This document shows positions 33,940 to 46,431 of a DNA stretch of 64,000 nt, one piece after another. The stretch's first letter is position 1. Each line of letters opens with the position of its first letter. The notes below the pieces were generated by a model. It worked only from the letters and a program-made list of their open reading frames with translations, was not told the DNA's origin and searched no databases. The stretch lies in assembly GCF_964355755.1 (NCBI RefSeq), contig NC_092670.1, forward strand, positions 36,692,388 to 36,756,387. The letters are read 5' to 3'. The DNA comes from Antedon mediterranea. Taxonomy: Eukaryota > Animalia > Echinodermata. The position numbers and the translations under genes were made by a program.

Positions 33940-36350
33940 AATAAATGCTACCAACATTGTCTGTCTTAAATTATAATATAAACATACCAGCTTTCCTAAT
34001 TGCTGAATAAAGTTATGTTATACCACAATAATGTATTTATTCTTTTAATACTGTTGAAAGCTTATCGTCAAAGAGATTCTTTTAACGTCTAATAACCCGT
34101 TTACATTGTAATACTGTATATTGTGGTTTCTTTTAAACGACAATTAAATAACCATACTATCAAATTTAAGGGGAAAGAGAAGTATAGCAACCAAGCTCAC
34201 TTTAAAGACTCACCAAAAAAGTAAATGAATGTAAACATCGATTTACTATAAATAATAGTTAATATTGGTTAATCATTCCTTTGTACAAATCTTGAACATT
34301 AATGTATAATATAAAATATTTGGTTAGATGAACTAAAAAGCACAATGATGTCTATTTACCTATTGTTTTTACTTATTCCTCAATTTCTGTTTTTTTCTAT
34401 TTCTAAAGTAGCATTTCAACTTTATGTTTTATTGTAAACTACTAATGTATTACTAATTTAATATAATAGATTTGTGAACTATACAATGCGTTCTTTGAAT
34501 GGTGTACAGGTTTAAAATTGTTTGATGTAGGATAAATGTAATATATACTGTACTAACATATAAAAACGGATGCTAATATTAAGTGTTAAAATAAACATGA
34601 TTTATAATGAACATGATTAATACATAATATGCGCCGAAGCAGTAGATGGATGATTGGCGCCACATGTTAATCATGGTATACTCGTATGCGGCGCAAGAAA
34701 ATTGACGCAATTGTTAAATTTAGTTGAATATTTTTTAACCTTTAAATAAATAACTTATTCTACAGTAGTACAGTGCACGATGGTACAAAAGTACAATGGC
34801 CATTAATTTCCATTATTTTGGTTTATAGTAGGCCTATGGGTGTAGTAGTAGATATCGACCTTCTGTACGGTCTTCAAAGTCGTAAGCTCTGTCTACACTA
34901 TCAAACTTTATGTGACAAAAACATGTGATATGCCCATATATGGACATGATGATGTAATATCACTATCATATTTAGGCACACCATAACAGTCTGTTATGTC
35001 AGTTGTTGAGCCTGTTGTATTTAGTGTGTTTTTTAATATATAGAAATAAAATAAGGTTTGGTTTATTTTGATAGAAAAGTTAATCTAATAAAATAAGCGA
35101 ACAACCTTCTACGCCTACATTTGGTTGATTTCTGTTTTTTCAATTCGATTTTTTTGGGGGGGGGGGGGGGCGAGTGTTTGTGCGTGTCATACTGATCAAT
35201 CCATAGTATCCCAACTTCTCATTACATAAAATGTTATTTAGCTGTTACATAGATTTCATTGAAACATAACTCATTGACCATTTTTAGACAACCACATTCA
35301 ATTACCAGCTGCTCTGGTAGCGATGATGACAAACCCACTTTTTTTTCTATAGAGTTAATATAAAAACATTTTAAAGATTGTAGGGCCTAAGTGAGTGTTT
35401 TCATTCAAAGCTTAAATCCAGCATAAAACACAAATAAAAAACAAGGCCATATACATGGCTACATTCGCGTGCTCAGTTCAAAATTCAAAAAATAATTTAA
35501 AAAAATAAATAAAAAAACTGTTATTGTCCAATTTCATATACAATACATACAATTGGAAATGTGTCGTTTGATACATACATACATAACAATTATAAAATTA
35601 TATAGAGTTATACTGAACATCATTCACACAATACTTTTTACAACAAAAAAATAAAAGAGCACACGTAACTTAAACTAAAACTGATGTATTGTGTTGAGGA
35701 AAGAATAGGCGTATTGCAGAGTATTGCAAATTATTGAAGTAAATATTTAAAAAAAATGATTAGGAGCTCAATTTAAGAACGTTATATTAAACAATTTTAA
35801 AACCGTTGTAAATCCCATGTGTAAAAAGTTAAATTAAAAATGACGGTCTATAAAGTGTTTACCGACCAACCGACTGACATAGTGAGCTGTAGTAGAGTGT
35901 GAATGCATCACAATTTGAGCAAGTACATCAGAGATGGTACCTAACTGCGTTAAGGTCAACAGCTCTGCTCGTATTCGACAAAGCCAAATGTTCAAATGTT
36001 CAATCTTATGCAAAAGATGTTTTAATCAGCATAAATACGCAAATAGAAAATGTGTATGGTGGTGGCATTTCAGTACATGTAGCGGCAGTCAACTTACCAT
36101 GGTTATAAACTATATATTAGAGATGAATTTGTGAGTAGGAAAGTAAGCAAAATGTCTTCAGCTAGTTTATCTAGTTTAATAGACACATTTTTTACCTACT
36201 ACCAGTTGGCAAATGGTGGATAATGCATCGAACTATTCAATTTCATAATGATATAGACTTATATAATTAATTTATTATTATTATCATCATTTTAACAAAA
36301 AGAATTCAAAATGGCTTACAATGATAAGGATACATTCGTATACAAATAAT

Positions 36351-38504
36351 CGAATGTGTATGAGTTGGATGGTGAGAATGGTTCTAGGACACATACCCCC
36401 TATACAGTTATCCCCCGGATGTTTACCACCCGGACAACTACCCCCTTAGGACATCTACTCCCCGGACAACTACCCCCCGGACAACTACCCCCCAGACAAC
36501 TACCCCCTTAGGACAACTACCCCCTTAGGATAACAACCCCCGGACAACTACCCCCCGGACAACCACCCCCTTAGGACAACTACCCCCTTAGGATAACTAC
36601 CCCCCGGTCAACTACCCCCCGGTCAACTACCCCCGGTCAACTACCCCCCGGTCAACTACCCCCCCCCCCCGGTCAACTACCCCTCCCCCCACCCCCAATC
36701 CAAAAGTAGACAAATATATAGGACCGGTTTCTGTAAAAAGGAAATCATCTGTTTTTAACGGGTGTTTCGAAACTAGAGACCCGAGACCAGAGACCTGACA
36801 CGAGACCCAATACGAAAAGGGAGACCTATATTTGGGTCTCCCTTTTCGTATATTAGGGTCTCCCTTTTCGTATAGTTTGGTCTCCCTTTTCTTATAGTGG
36901 GGTCTCCCTTTTCTTATAGTGGGTCTCCCTTTTCGTATATTTGGGTCTCCCATTTTGTATATTTGGGTCTCCCTTTTCGTATAATTGGGTCTCCCTTTTC
37001 GTATATTTAGGTCTCCCTTTTCGTATATTAGGGTCTCCCTTTTCGTCGTATAGTGGGGTCTCTCTTTTCGTATAGTGGGGTCTCCCTTTTCGTACGTGGG
37101 TCTCCCTTTTCGTATTGGGTCTCGGGTCTCTGGTCTCTGGTCTCGGGTCTCTAGTTTGAAACACCCGTTTTTAACCGATTATTCTGTTTAACAGCACGCT
37201 AGACCCTAGATGTGCTAGATTTAAAGTACCGTATTTATTGAAAAAACGGCCTGGGCTGTTTATTGTTTAGGTGGTTTTTAGGTGGACATTTATTGGAAGA
37301 AAGTTGTTTATTCAATGGGAGGGGGTATAATCTAATGGAAATAGACGCCGATTATTCCATATGATGTTTCATGGGAGTGACATGGTCACCGTTTATTTGA
37401 GGGGAATTTATTTAAAGATCGCCGTTTATTCGGTGAGTGAACATTGAGGTCAAATATCAAAAGTGATATTATTCTTCAAGTGTACAAAAATACATATATG
37501 AAAAATTTGAGAGAAAAATTAATTCTTTTAAGACCAGTGGTTATCGAAGCATTGTCCTGACGCAAAAATTATTATTATTATTAGCAAACCCAGTCTTTAC
37601 AGTAAATACAGGAAGTACTGTACTATATAATACGTTCGACTATCCTATGATCATGTGTGACAATCTTCAGTTTATACCAGGCTATATTTATGTTCAATCT
37701 TTTACTTTTGTTTACAATAATGAATAGTAATTCGTCAAAGTAACGAATTAAAATATAGTTATTAATTCCTAGTATACACTGTTGCAGAGTCAGGTTGTTG
37801 AATGGTCTGGGTGGTAGTTGTCCGTCCGGGGGGTAGTTGTTCTAAAGGGATAGTTTTCTGGGTGGTAGTTGTCCAGGGGTTAGTTTTCCTACGGAGGTAG
37901 TTGTCCTAAAAGATTATTTGCCCTCGGAGTATTGTCCAGGTGGGAGTTAGCTGTCCTACGGGGAGTATTGTGTCAGAGGTAGTTGTCCGCGGGGTAATTA
38001 CCCGGGGGGGGGGGGGGGTAATTCTCCGGAGGGTAATTGTCAGGGGGTAATTGTTCCTAGGGGGTAATTGTCCGGGGGGTAGTTGTCCAGGGGTTAGTTG
38101 TCCTACGGAGGTAGTTGTCCTAAAAGATTATTTGTCCTCGGAGTATTGTCCAGGAAGTAGTTGTCCTACGGGGAGTATTGTGTCAGAGGTAGTTGTCCGC
38201 GGGGTAATTACCCGGGTAGGGGGGGGGAGGTAATTGTCCGGGGGGTAATTGTTCCTAGGGGTAATTGTCCGGGGGGTAGTTGTCCAGGGGGTCGTTGTCC
38301 TAAGGGGTTGTTGTCCTAAGGGGGTAGTTGTCCGGGGGTATTTGTCCGGGGGGTATTTGTCCGGGGGGTAGTTGTCCTAAAGGGGTAGTTGTCCTAAGGG
38401 GGTAGTGGTCCAGGTGGTGGTTGTCCGGTGGGTAGTTTTCCGGGGGGGGGGGGGTAAATGTCCAGGGGGTGAATATCCGGACGGATACGAAAGAATAGTT
38501 CATG
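36351..38504. mobile_element. Foldback-like insertion with inverted arrays of ggacaactacccc(c) repeats
   Basis: Left arm ~36395-36690 is (ggacaactacccccc)n and right arm ~37805-38485 is (ggggtagttgtcc)n. It is absent from the paralogous site at ~30315-30336. Confidence 0.75.
36760..37166. mobile_element. Mutator-like MITE filled with a ~22-bp minisatellite, nested in a foldback element
   Basis: TIR gggtgtttc(g)aaactagagacccgagaccagagacc; 9-bp TSD gtttttaac at 36751-36759 and 37167-37175; internal tggggtctcccttttcgtata repeats. Confidence 0.82.
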
Positions 38505-38636
38505 GGTTGACAGATTGACTGCTGCTTTATTTAACGAGGTGGGCTGGAGCCAGCCTAGTTTAATTAAATATATAGGCCTAGCAGTCAATTTTATCGAATG
38601 AAATTCTATCCATTCAATGATACGGAACATTAATTT

Positions 38637-38809
38637 TCGCTCGTGCAAATCACATACGCCGCTTACGTTGGAATCATGTTTAAGCACCAAATTAAATCAC
38701 AAACAAACTAAGCCTATATTGGAATTTCCAAAACCTTTATAAATATTTTTATTGTCATAATTGTCATATCTTCTTTTCAGTTGTGTCGAATAAAACTGTT
38801 TAAACCACG
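38637..38809 (+). promoter_or_regulatory. Duplicated promoter / non-coding exon 1 for TRIM copy D
   Basis: Near-identical to 30470-30635. TTGGAATTTCCAA at 38719-38731, donor gt at 38810, acceptor cacag at 39668. Confidence 0.65.
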
Positions 38810-39682
38810 GTAGGCCTATGTTGATTTCGTATTTAATACTAGTTATAAATAACTAAAATATTTTTTATAATAATAATAATAATGATAATAACATATTGTT
38901 GTGTTAATGCTAGATTAATAAAAAAGCAATAACACAAGTATAAGTGTGTAGGCCTACTTGGCCTCAAGTGAAACATTATTTAGTATAACTTCCTGGTGGC
39001 GTATAGGTGTGGCACAGGGTGTCACGAAACCTCAGATTCCCTAAGACCCGCTAAGACCTAACTAAGATCACAAAACCTAAGACCCAAAACCTTAGATTGT
39101 CAATAGTTCCCTTTCGCACCAGCCTTGTATTTTAACTCTAAGTGTGTTAGCCAACTTTATCCCGAACACCACACCTTAGAATTATTACTTTTATGAAGAA
39201 AGAATCAATAAAATAACAAATTATAAATAAGATTCATTTTACAGACGTTTTTTCATGCAAACTCTATGTAATCGGTCATGTCTCGTTCTGCAGTACCAAC
39301 AGTTTTTTTTTTGTTATTCATATTATGAAATTTATTATTATTTTCTTCAATGCATTTCTTTTCTTTTTTATTTGTGTTTTTTTTTCCTGTTAAGGATCGC
39401 CTAACTCAAGATGTTTCCCAACATCTTTCAGGGCTTTTGCATTCATTTTCTGAAACATTTTTTTATATTTATAATTCTGTACCATACTGTTTCTTTGTTT
39501 TTCCTATGTATATTCAGATGGTTTCGTTAAATTTAAGAATAACATCAACAAATTCATCATATATATCCCCTCAGGTCGCCTTTATGAAGGTAGGAAGTGA
39601 TGATTAAAAGTAGACGCATTCCACCAAGATTTTAGCCCTCTATTATTGATTAAATTTATTATTCACAGAACACTGTTTTAAA

Positions 39683-41935
39683 ATGGCTTCAGAACAGCTG
39701 GATACATTTCTCGAAGATGATATTGAGCATACTAGTAGCCCTATTATTGATGAGAAGGTTCTTGAGTGTGCCATATGCGAAGGAAGACTTAACAATCCTA
39801 AATACCTTAGCTGTCATCATACGTTCTGTTTAAAATGTCTCGATGACTGGGTGAAAAGAAATGGTGAGTTATTATCCTGCCCAACTTGTTCCAAATCGTG
39901 TTCGATTCCAGAAGAGGGTCTACAGGGGCTACCGCCAAACACTTCGTTGGCTAATTTGTTGGAAACAATTGAACAATTCACAAATGCAGATCAGATGAAA
40001 TGTGTTTGCGGCAAAGAAGCCAACTCTGAAAACTACTGCCAGGATTGCAGACAGTTTCTGTGCCTCCACTGCAGTGGTCATCATAAGAACATTAGAACAT
40101 TCGAGAATCACAAGCTGCAATCAATGGAAGATGTCCAATCCATGAGTGTAAAAGACATCATTGCAACGTATCCACCTCTGTGTTCTATCCACAATGAACC
40201 TTTAAGTTCATTTTGCAAAATATGTAACATTCCCATTTGCTTTCACTGTTCAATCACGAACCACAAAGAATGGGAAGGAATTGAAAAACACACACCGTTA
40301 GTAAACTTATCAGATGAGTTTAAAGCCCTCAAAGAAACATCAGCAGAACTGGAAATACTTGCCAATCAATGTATAGAAAAAATGAAGGATAAAGTGGTTT
40401 TAGATCTCTATAAGAAATTAGAAGAAAATAAGGCAAAAAGTTTGAAGGACATTGACAATCATGTAGAAGAATTGACAGTAAGAATAAAAGAAAATGGAGA
40501 AACATTTAAAAGGGAAGTAGAGAAAATATACAACAAGAAAATGAAAGATTTCCAAATAGTGGAACGAACAGCAGCGTTTTCAGATATCAATACGTACATT
40601 TGTTTGCTTCATCACCTAAAAGAGAGTGACGGAGCAGCAGCCATATCAACTGGTCAGAGTATAATCAGAGCACTTGGTAATACAATCAAAGAGGCACCAA
40701 CAACAACGCCAGAAGACAATAATGTAGAAATCACCTTTGTTAAAAACAAAAAACAAATTGTATCATTGCAGGAAGATATTGGAATGGTAATACAAACATC
40801 AGAAGAAGCAGTATCCCTTGAGTTAGATGTACCAGAGTGTGTGACAACAGATCAAGTAATTGAGGTTAAAATCATTAAAACTGCTGAATGTCATCTAAAT
40901 GAAAATGATCTGGAAGTAACTTGGACACTACCCTCGGGCGAAATTAACACTGATCAAATAGAAGAGGACAAAGGAGATCATTGGATTGTGAGAAGAAAAT
41001 GTAAAAGTGCAGGAATTTGTCAAATCGATGCTAGGGTTGATGGTAAACCCATTAAGAAGTCACCAATGACCATCAAAGTAGAGAAATCAGGATTGATCCA
41101 AACAGTACAAATGCCTGGAAATAGTGTTATTACTTTCACAGATTTAGTCAAAGATAATAATGATTGCTTGCTTCTGTCATGCCGTAGCAATACAATTCAT
41201 AAATACAAGCAATCAGGAGGGTATGCTGGTACAATTGTATTACCAGGACATGTGAAAGTTAACAGAATGTTTAAAATGAAGAATGGTAACATAGCATTCA
41301 CCGACTGTGGTCAAACTAAGAGCATTAAAATATTCACGATGGATGGTGAGATCGTTAAATCAGTTGGTGAGAACAAGGTGAATGATCCATGTGGTATTCA
41401 TGTGGATGAAGATACAAATATCGTGTATGTATGTAATGGCAAATGTATGATCATGTTTAATATTGAAAGTGGCCAGACCATTTCAGAACAACAAATTAGT
41501 GGTTGTGATCTTGCTCTTACAAGAAAAAAACATATTCTTTTGTTGAATAACAACGGCATACAACTACTTAATGATAAGGAGCAGACTAGTAAAGTCAATA
41601 TCGGTGCTGGTTCTGGTGATAGTGAGGTGAAGAATCTAAATGGAGTAGAGGTTGATGATAATGACAATATCATAGTTGCTAGTAAAAATAAACTACAGCT
41701 ATTCAGTAAATCTGGAGAATTTATTAAAAGAATCGATAATAATTTAGAATTCTTTGAAAAGCAGCCAGTATATCCTAAAATTAGTAGTTTTGGAGGAAGT
41801 AGGCCTATCTCAGGCATAGCTCAGGTTTTAGTAGTCAGTCAGTGCAGTCAGCCACGTGGATTATCCATCATATCAAGTTATCCACGGAGAGTTGCACTGT
41901 TAAATGGCAATACAGTTCAAATATTTAATTATTGA
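39683..41935 (+). CDS. TRIM-NHL copy D, 750 aa, single coding exon
   Basis: Intact ORF; N-terminus nearly identical to copy C; divergent NHL region with an insertion of roughly 25-30 aa before the last blade. Confidence 0.92.
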   Translation: MASEQLDTFLEDDIEHTSSPIIDEKVLECAICEGRLNNPKYLSCHHTFCLKCLDDWVKRNGELLSCPTCSKSCSIPEEGLQGLPPNTSLANLLETIEQFTNADQMKCVCGKEANSENYCQDCRQFLCLHCSGHHKNIRTFENHKLQSMEDVQSMSVKDIIATYPPLCSIHNEPLSSFCKICNIPICFHCSITNHKEWEGIEKHTPLVNLSDEFKALKETSAELEILANQCIEKMKDKVVLDLYKKLEENKAKSLKDIDNHVEELTVRIKENGETFKREVEKIYNKKMKDFQIVERTAAFSDINTYICLLHHLKESDGAAAISTGQSIIRALGNTIKEAPTTTPEDNNVEITFVKNKKQIVSLQEDIGMVIQTSEEAVSLELDVPECVTTDQVIEVKIIKTAECHLNENDLEVTWTLPSGEINTDQIEEDKGDHWIVRRKCKSAGICQIDARVDGKPIKKSPMTIKVEKSGLIQTVQMPGNSVITFTDLVKDNNDCLLLSCRSNTIHKYKQSGGYAGTIVLPGHVKVNRMFKMKNGNIAFTDCGQTKSIKIFTMDGEIVKSVGENKVNDPCGIHVDEDTNIVYVCNGKCMIMFNIESGQTISEQQISGCDLALTRKKHILLLNNNGIQLLNDKEQTSKVNIGAGSGDSEVKNLNGVEVDDNDNIIVASKNKLQLFSKSGEFIKRIDNNLEFFEKQPVYPKISSFGGSRPISGIAQVLVVSQCSQPRGLSIISSYPRRVALLNGNTVQIFNY

Positions 41936-44205
41936 TGAGGTAAACGTATTTCAGGATAAACTACAAATAACACTTGTAGATTAAAAACTTCATAATTTTT
42001 TAATATTGCATAAAAGCATTATTATTAGGCCTATATTTGTATTAGAATACTGTAGTTAATATATTGTGAAGAATTTCAATGTCAAATTCCTGTAAACAAT
42101 AATAAACATCCATTAGTCAAAGCATAATGTATGAAATATAAGGCATATTATTTTATTCCTCCATGGTCAAAGAGAAGCTCCTACAATCGTATTTAAAATA
42201 TTAGTGTAAATTGTAACTACTGTATTATGACTTGTATAAGGATTTGTTTGCTAGAAAAGGAGATACATATATAAGTTGGTGTTGTAAACTGAGGTAGTAG
42301 TAGTACAGTAGTAGTGTTTTTAAATCTATTTGCTTTATGTATTCTTTTATCATAAACGTATTCTCTTAAAATGGACGATCTATTGCTCTTTTGTAAGTTT
42401 TCAATGATTTATCATTGGTTTTCTGGACTTTACTAGTATTATTTTCAACTTTGATGTATAGTATTATTTTCAACGTTGATGTGTTTTTTTTTTGTAATAG
42501 GCCTATATTAGTACTGTAATAATATAATTAATGGACATTTTAAATTTTAATTCGTTCTTTTAAGTAAAGGTCTGAGACACAAGACTTGTGACAATTTTGG
42601 GTTTTATAAGGTAACTCGAGTAACATTTCTTGATTATGTTTTTAATTTTTTTGTAATTAGGTATAATAATGTTAATACTAAATGCTTTCTATTGTATTGT
42701 TAAAGATGAATGTGGAGGTGTAATTTCACCAGACTTAAGTGATGACGTTTTCTGTATTATTTAGTGAAAATATTGCTATTTTCGTAGATAACGTAGCTTC
42801 CATCTTTTTTTTATACGGTGAACTCTCCTCCTAATGTAACCAAATAGTAACAAAACAATGAGCCAGTTGGTCTCCCATTGTCTCAAACGTCAACGTCTGT
42901 TGATTGTGTTTAATTTACATTTTAGGACCGTTAAGTTAAATTATCTACCATGGTTTATGTTTATACAGTAGTGAATAAAATATATAACAAACACATACGT
43001 ACTGTAGTTACATTTTGTTATGATTCAGAGAACTAGTAGGAACGTTTGTTAATCTATAGTACTGCACATGCTCATGCATACACTGTATCGAAAATTATTT
43101 TCTTTTTATATATAAAGTGCTTTGATACTTACAAAATATTGTACATCAAAAATCCATTAAAACAGCAAACAAGGGACAGACAACAATGCCATATACATGG
43201 CTGCAATCGCGTGATCAAGTTAGTGTTTACCGATCAATCGACCGACCAACCGACCGACATAGTAAGCTGTAGTATCGCGTTGCACGCGACTAAAAACGGC
43301 GAAACATCAGCAGTCCATGTCGCCCACAGATGTACCAAGCAAGACAATTAAACAGGGTGATGTAATGCTGTGATTTGCAAATATTATTGGTAATCATTCC
43401 ATAATTTTGATATAGTCTACAAGTTGGTATACGTGTAACATTAAGCCTGGTAAAAAAGGGTGGACCTTAAACCACTTCTACATGGTAAACCTCATAATAT
43501 CGTGCCTTATTACTTTATACACAGATAAACCTCTACATTAGGCCTGTACTATAATATTAAAAACGCGTTTGAGGAAGCACTATGATACCTAACGCCAATA
43601 AATGCCAGTACATATAAAATAGGCCTACAGTTTTTTATAAGCATATCAATAAAAGTAAAGCGCCTTTATTTTATATACAGTGGTCTGAAATCTAAAACAG
43701 TATCCGAGCAATAATAAAACAGCGTTCCTTTCGAGGTCCAATGTCCAAACATTGTCTAATGTTATTGGGTTGTTTTTGTAGACAGCATCACGAGTGCAAC
43801 GTTCCAAAGGTGAAACGTCTCAAATAAATAAAATAGATAAACTACATGTAATTTCCACACTATTATATATTTTTCCGCGAGTAAAATATAATACCTGTCG
43901 TTATATTAATTTATGTTGTTCATTGTTCTACGCACACAAGTACATACGTTTAAGAAGAGGAACTAATAGCTAGGATGAGTTGTGTGTGTATAGTGTAGTA
44001 GGTCTAGAGTGTATAATAATAAGTAAAGCTAAAGCTAAAGCTATTATAAATGTCGTAGGTGTGGCATATTTGTATAGGCCTATATGGCTAAAGGTAAGCC
44101 TGCGGTTGCCCTTGTGGCTAGCTTACTCATGACTAGATAGTCCCAATAATGCAAGAAAAACCTTTCATTAAATTAGTATTGATTACTATTCACAGAACAT
44201 AGAAA

Positions 44206-46431
44206 ATGGCTTCGGAACAGCTTGATACGCTTCTCGTAGATGATATTGAGCATACTAGTAGCCCTATTATTGATGAGAAGGTTCTTGAGTGCGCCATATG
44301 CGAAGGAAGACTTAACAATCCTAAATACCTTAGCTGTCATCATACGTTTTGTTTAAAATGTCTCGAAGACTGGGTGAACAGAAATGGTGAATTATTATCC
44401 TGCCCAACTTGCTTCAAATCTTGTTCGATTCCAGAAGAGGGTCTACGTGGGCTACCGCCAAACAGTTGGCTAATTTGTTGGAAACAATTGAACAATTCAC
44501 AAATGCAGATCAGATGAAATGTGTGACTTGTGGAAAAGAAGGTGAATCTGAAAACTACTGCCAGGATTGCAGACAGTTTCTGTGCCTGCACTGCAGTGGT
44601 CATCATAAGAACATTAGAACATTCGAGAATCACAAGCTGCATCCAGTGGAAGATGTCAGATGTATGAGTGTAAAAGACATCATTGTAACGTATCCACCTC
44701 TGTGTTCTATCCACAATGAACCTTTAAGTTCATTTTGCAAAATATGTACCATTCCCATTTGCATTCACTGTTCAATTACGAACCACAAAGAATGGGAAGG
44801 AATTGAAAAACACACACCATTAGTAAACTTATCAGATGAATTGAAAACCCTGAAGGAAAGATCGGCGGAACTGGAAAAATTAGCAACCGACTTAGCAAAT
44901 AAAATGAAAGCTGATCTTCAAGAACTTTTGGACCTTTATACAAAATTAGAAGAAAAGAAGGAAAAGAGTTTGAAGGACATCGAAAATAATGTAGAAAAAA
45001 AGGTAGTAAGAATAAAAGAAAGTGAAGAAACACTTAAAAAGGAAGTAAGGACAATATTTACTACTAAAAAGGAAGTAATAGATTTACAAATACGGAACTG
45101 AAAACAGCATTATCTGATATAAATACAGATATTTGTTCACTGCATGACCTAGGAGAGAGCAACAGAGCAAAAGCTTTATCATCTGGTCAGCGTATAATCA
45201 GAGCACTGGAGAATAGAATAAAAAACCAACCAAAACCAATGCCTAATGGTTTTAATTCAGAAATTAACTTTGTTGAAAGCAAACAGGAGAAGGCTTCATT
45301 GCAAGAGGATATTGGAATGATAATACAAATATCGGAAGCAGCAGTGTCCCTTGAATTAGATGTACCAGAGTGTGTGACAACAGATCAAGTAATCGAAGTT
45401 AAAATCATAAAAATTGCCGAATGTGATGATCTATCGATTGTAAGAGATTTGGAAGCAACTTGGACAATGCCCTCGGGTAACATTAATGTCGAAAAAAAAA
45501 CATTATAACAGATTTGGAAAAAACTACTTTATAAGTAGATCAGGTGTGGGAGTTTGCCAAGTTGATGTTAGTGTCGATGGTATCTCCATTAAGAAGTCAC
45601 CAATGGCTGTCAAAGTAGAAGAAGCAGGGTTGATTAAAACTGTACGAATGCCAGTAGATGGAGATTTCGTAGATTTAGTCAAAGAAGATGATGATGATTG
45701 CATGCTTGTTTCATGTCAAAGTAATATACTTCATAGATTCAAGCAATCAGGAGATTATGTTAATAAGGTTACACTACCAAGCGATGTGAAAGTTAACAGA
45801 ATGTTTAAAATGAAGAATGGTAACATAGCATTCACCGACTGTGGTAAAACTAAGAGCATTAAGATATGCACGATGGGTGGTGACATCGTTAAATCAGTTG
45901 GTGAGAACAAGGTGACTAATCCATGTGGTATCCTTGTGGATGAAGAAACAAATATTGTGTATGTATGTAATGACCGGCATTTGGTTATGTTTGATGTTAA
46001 TAGTGGCAAAACCATTTCAGAAGTATATGTTGACACTAAAAATGCAGTCACGATCACCGATCTGTGTCTTACCCGTTTTAGCCGAAAACAAAAATATATA
46101 CTTCTACTTGGAGGCTCTGAAGTATATGTATGTAATATTTTATTTTATTTCAACAATATTTTATGAGGGGGAAATCTTAGAAACAAAATTCGGTCGTCGT
46201 CATAGTTATTTTCTCACTGCAGCAAGTGGAATAGAAGCTGATGATGCTGACCATATCGTTATAGCTAGAAATTATAAACTAGAGCTAATTAATAGTTACA
46301 ATGAAAGATTAATTAAAGAAATTAGTAAAAACAGCGACTTAACAAATACACCGGGCTTAGCGCTCTTATCATATTATCCACGCAGAGTTGCAGTGATCGA
46401 TAACAACAAAGTTAAAATATCTAATTATTAA
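44206..46431 (+). pseudogene. TRIM-NHL copy E, full length but frameshifted
   Basis: Paralogous sequence split across ORFs 44206, 44409, 45239, 45486 and 45925. There is a 4-nt deletion at ~44466 (aaacagttgg vs aaacacttcgttgg) and further shifts at ~45092, ~45495 (A-run) and ~46130-46160. Confidence 0.88.

Larger units (their letters stand above)
26861..40260 (+). repeat. Tandem segmental duplication (~26861-32340 vs ~32835-40260)
   Basis: The 3' flanks of copies B and C are near-identical (offset 5979 at the stop codons). The promoters and 5' halves of C and D are near-identical (offset 7933 at the ATGs). The difference is mostly the 2.1-kb insertion at 36351-38504. Confidence 0.9.

Noticed and set aside
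29911-36134. Paired 66-aa ORFs MVPNCVKV... at 29911 and 35934
   Set aside because: The similarity is explained by the recent segmental duplication; no recognisable domain or splice support.
36830-37115. Repeat array and ORFs 36627..36953 and 36892..37164 as CRISPR or protein
   Set aside because: A 22-bp minisatellite inside a TIR element; the ORFs are translations of the repeat.
23025-41817. Recurrent antisense ORFs inside the TRIM genes (23025, 23369, 31996, 32436, 39929, 41398)
   Set aside because: Shadow ORFs of the sense coding sequence; they recur only because the genes are paralogous.
22749-41935. Assigning a specific symbol such as TRIM2, TRIM3, TRIM56 or TRIM71/lin-41
   Set aside because: The architecture is shared but the NHL repeats are highly divergent and lineage-expanded; orthology cannot be supported by eye.
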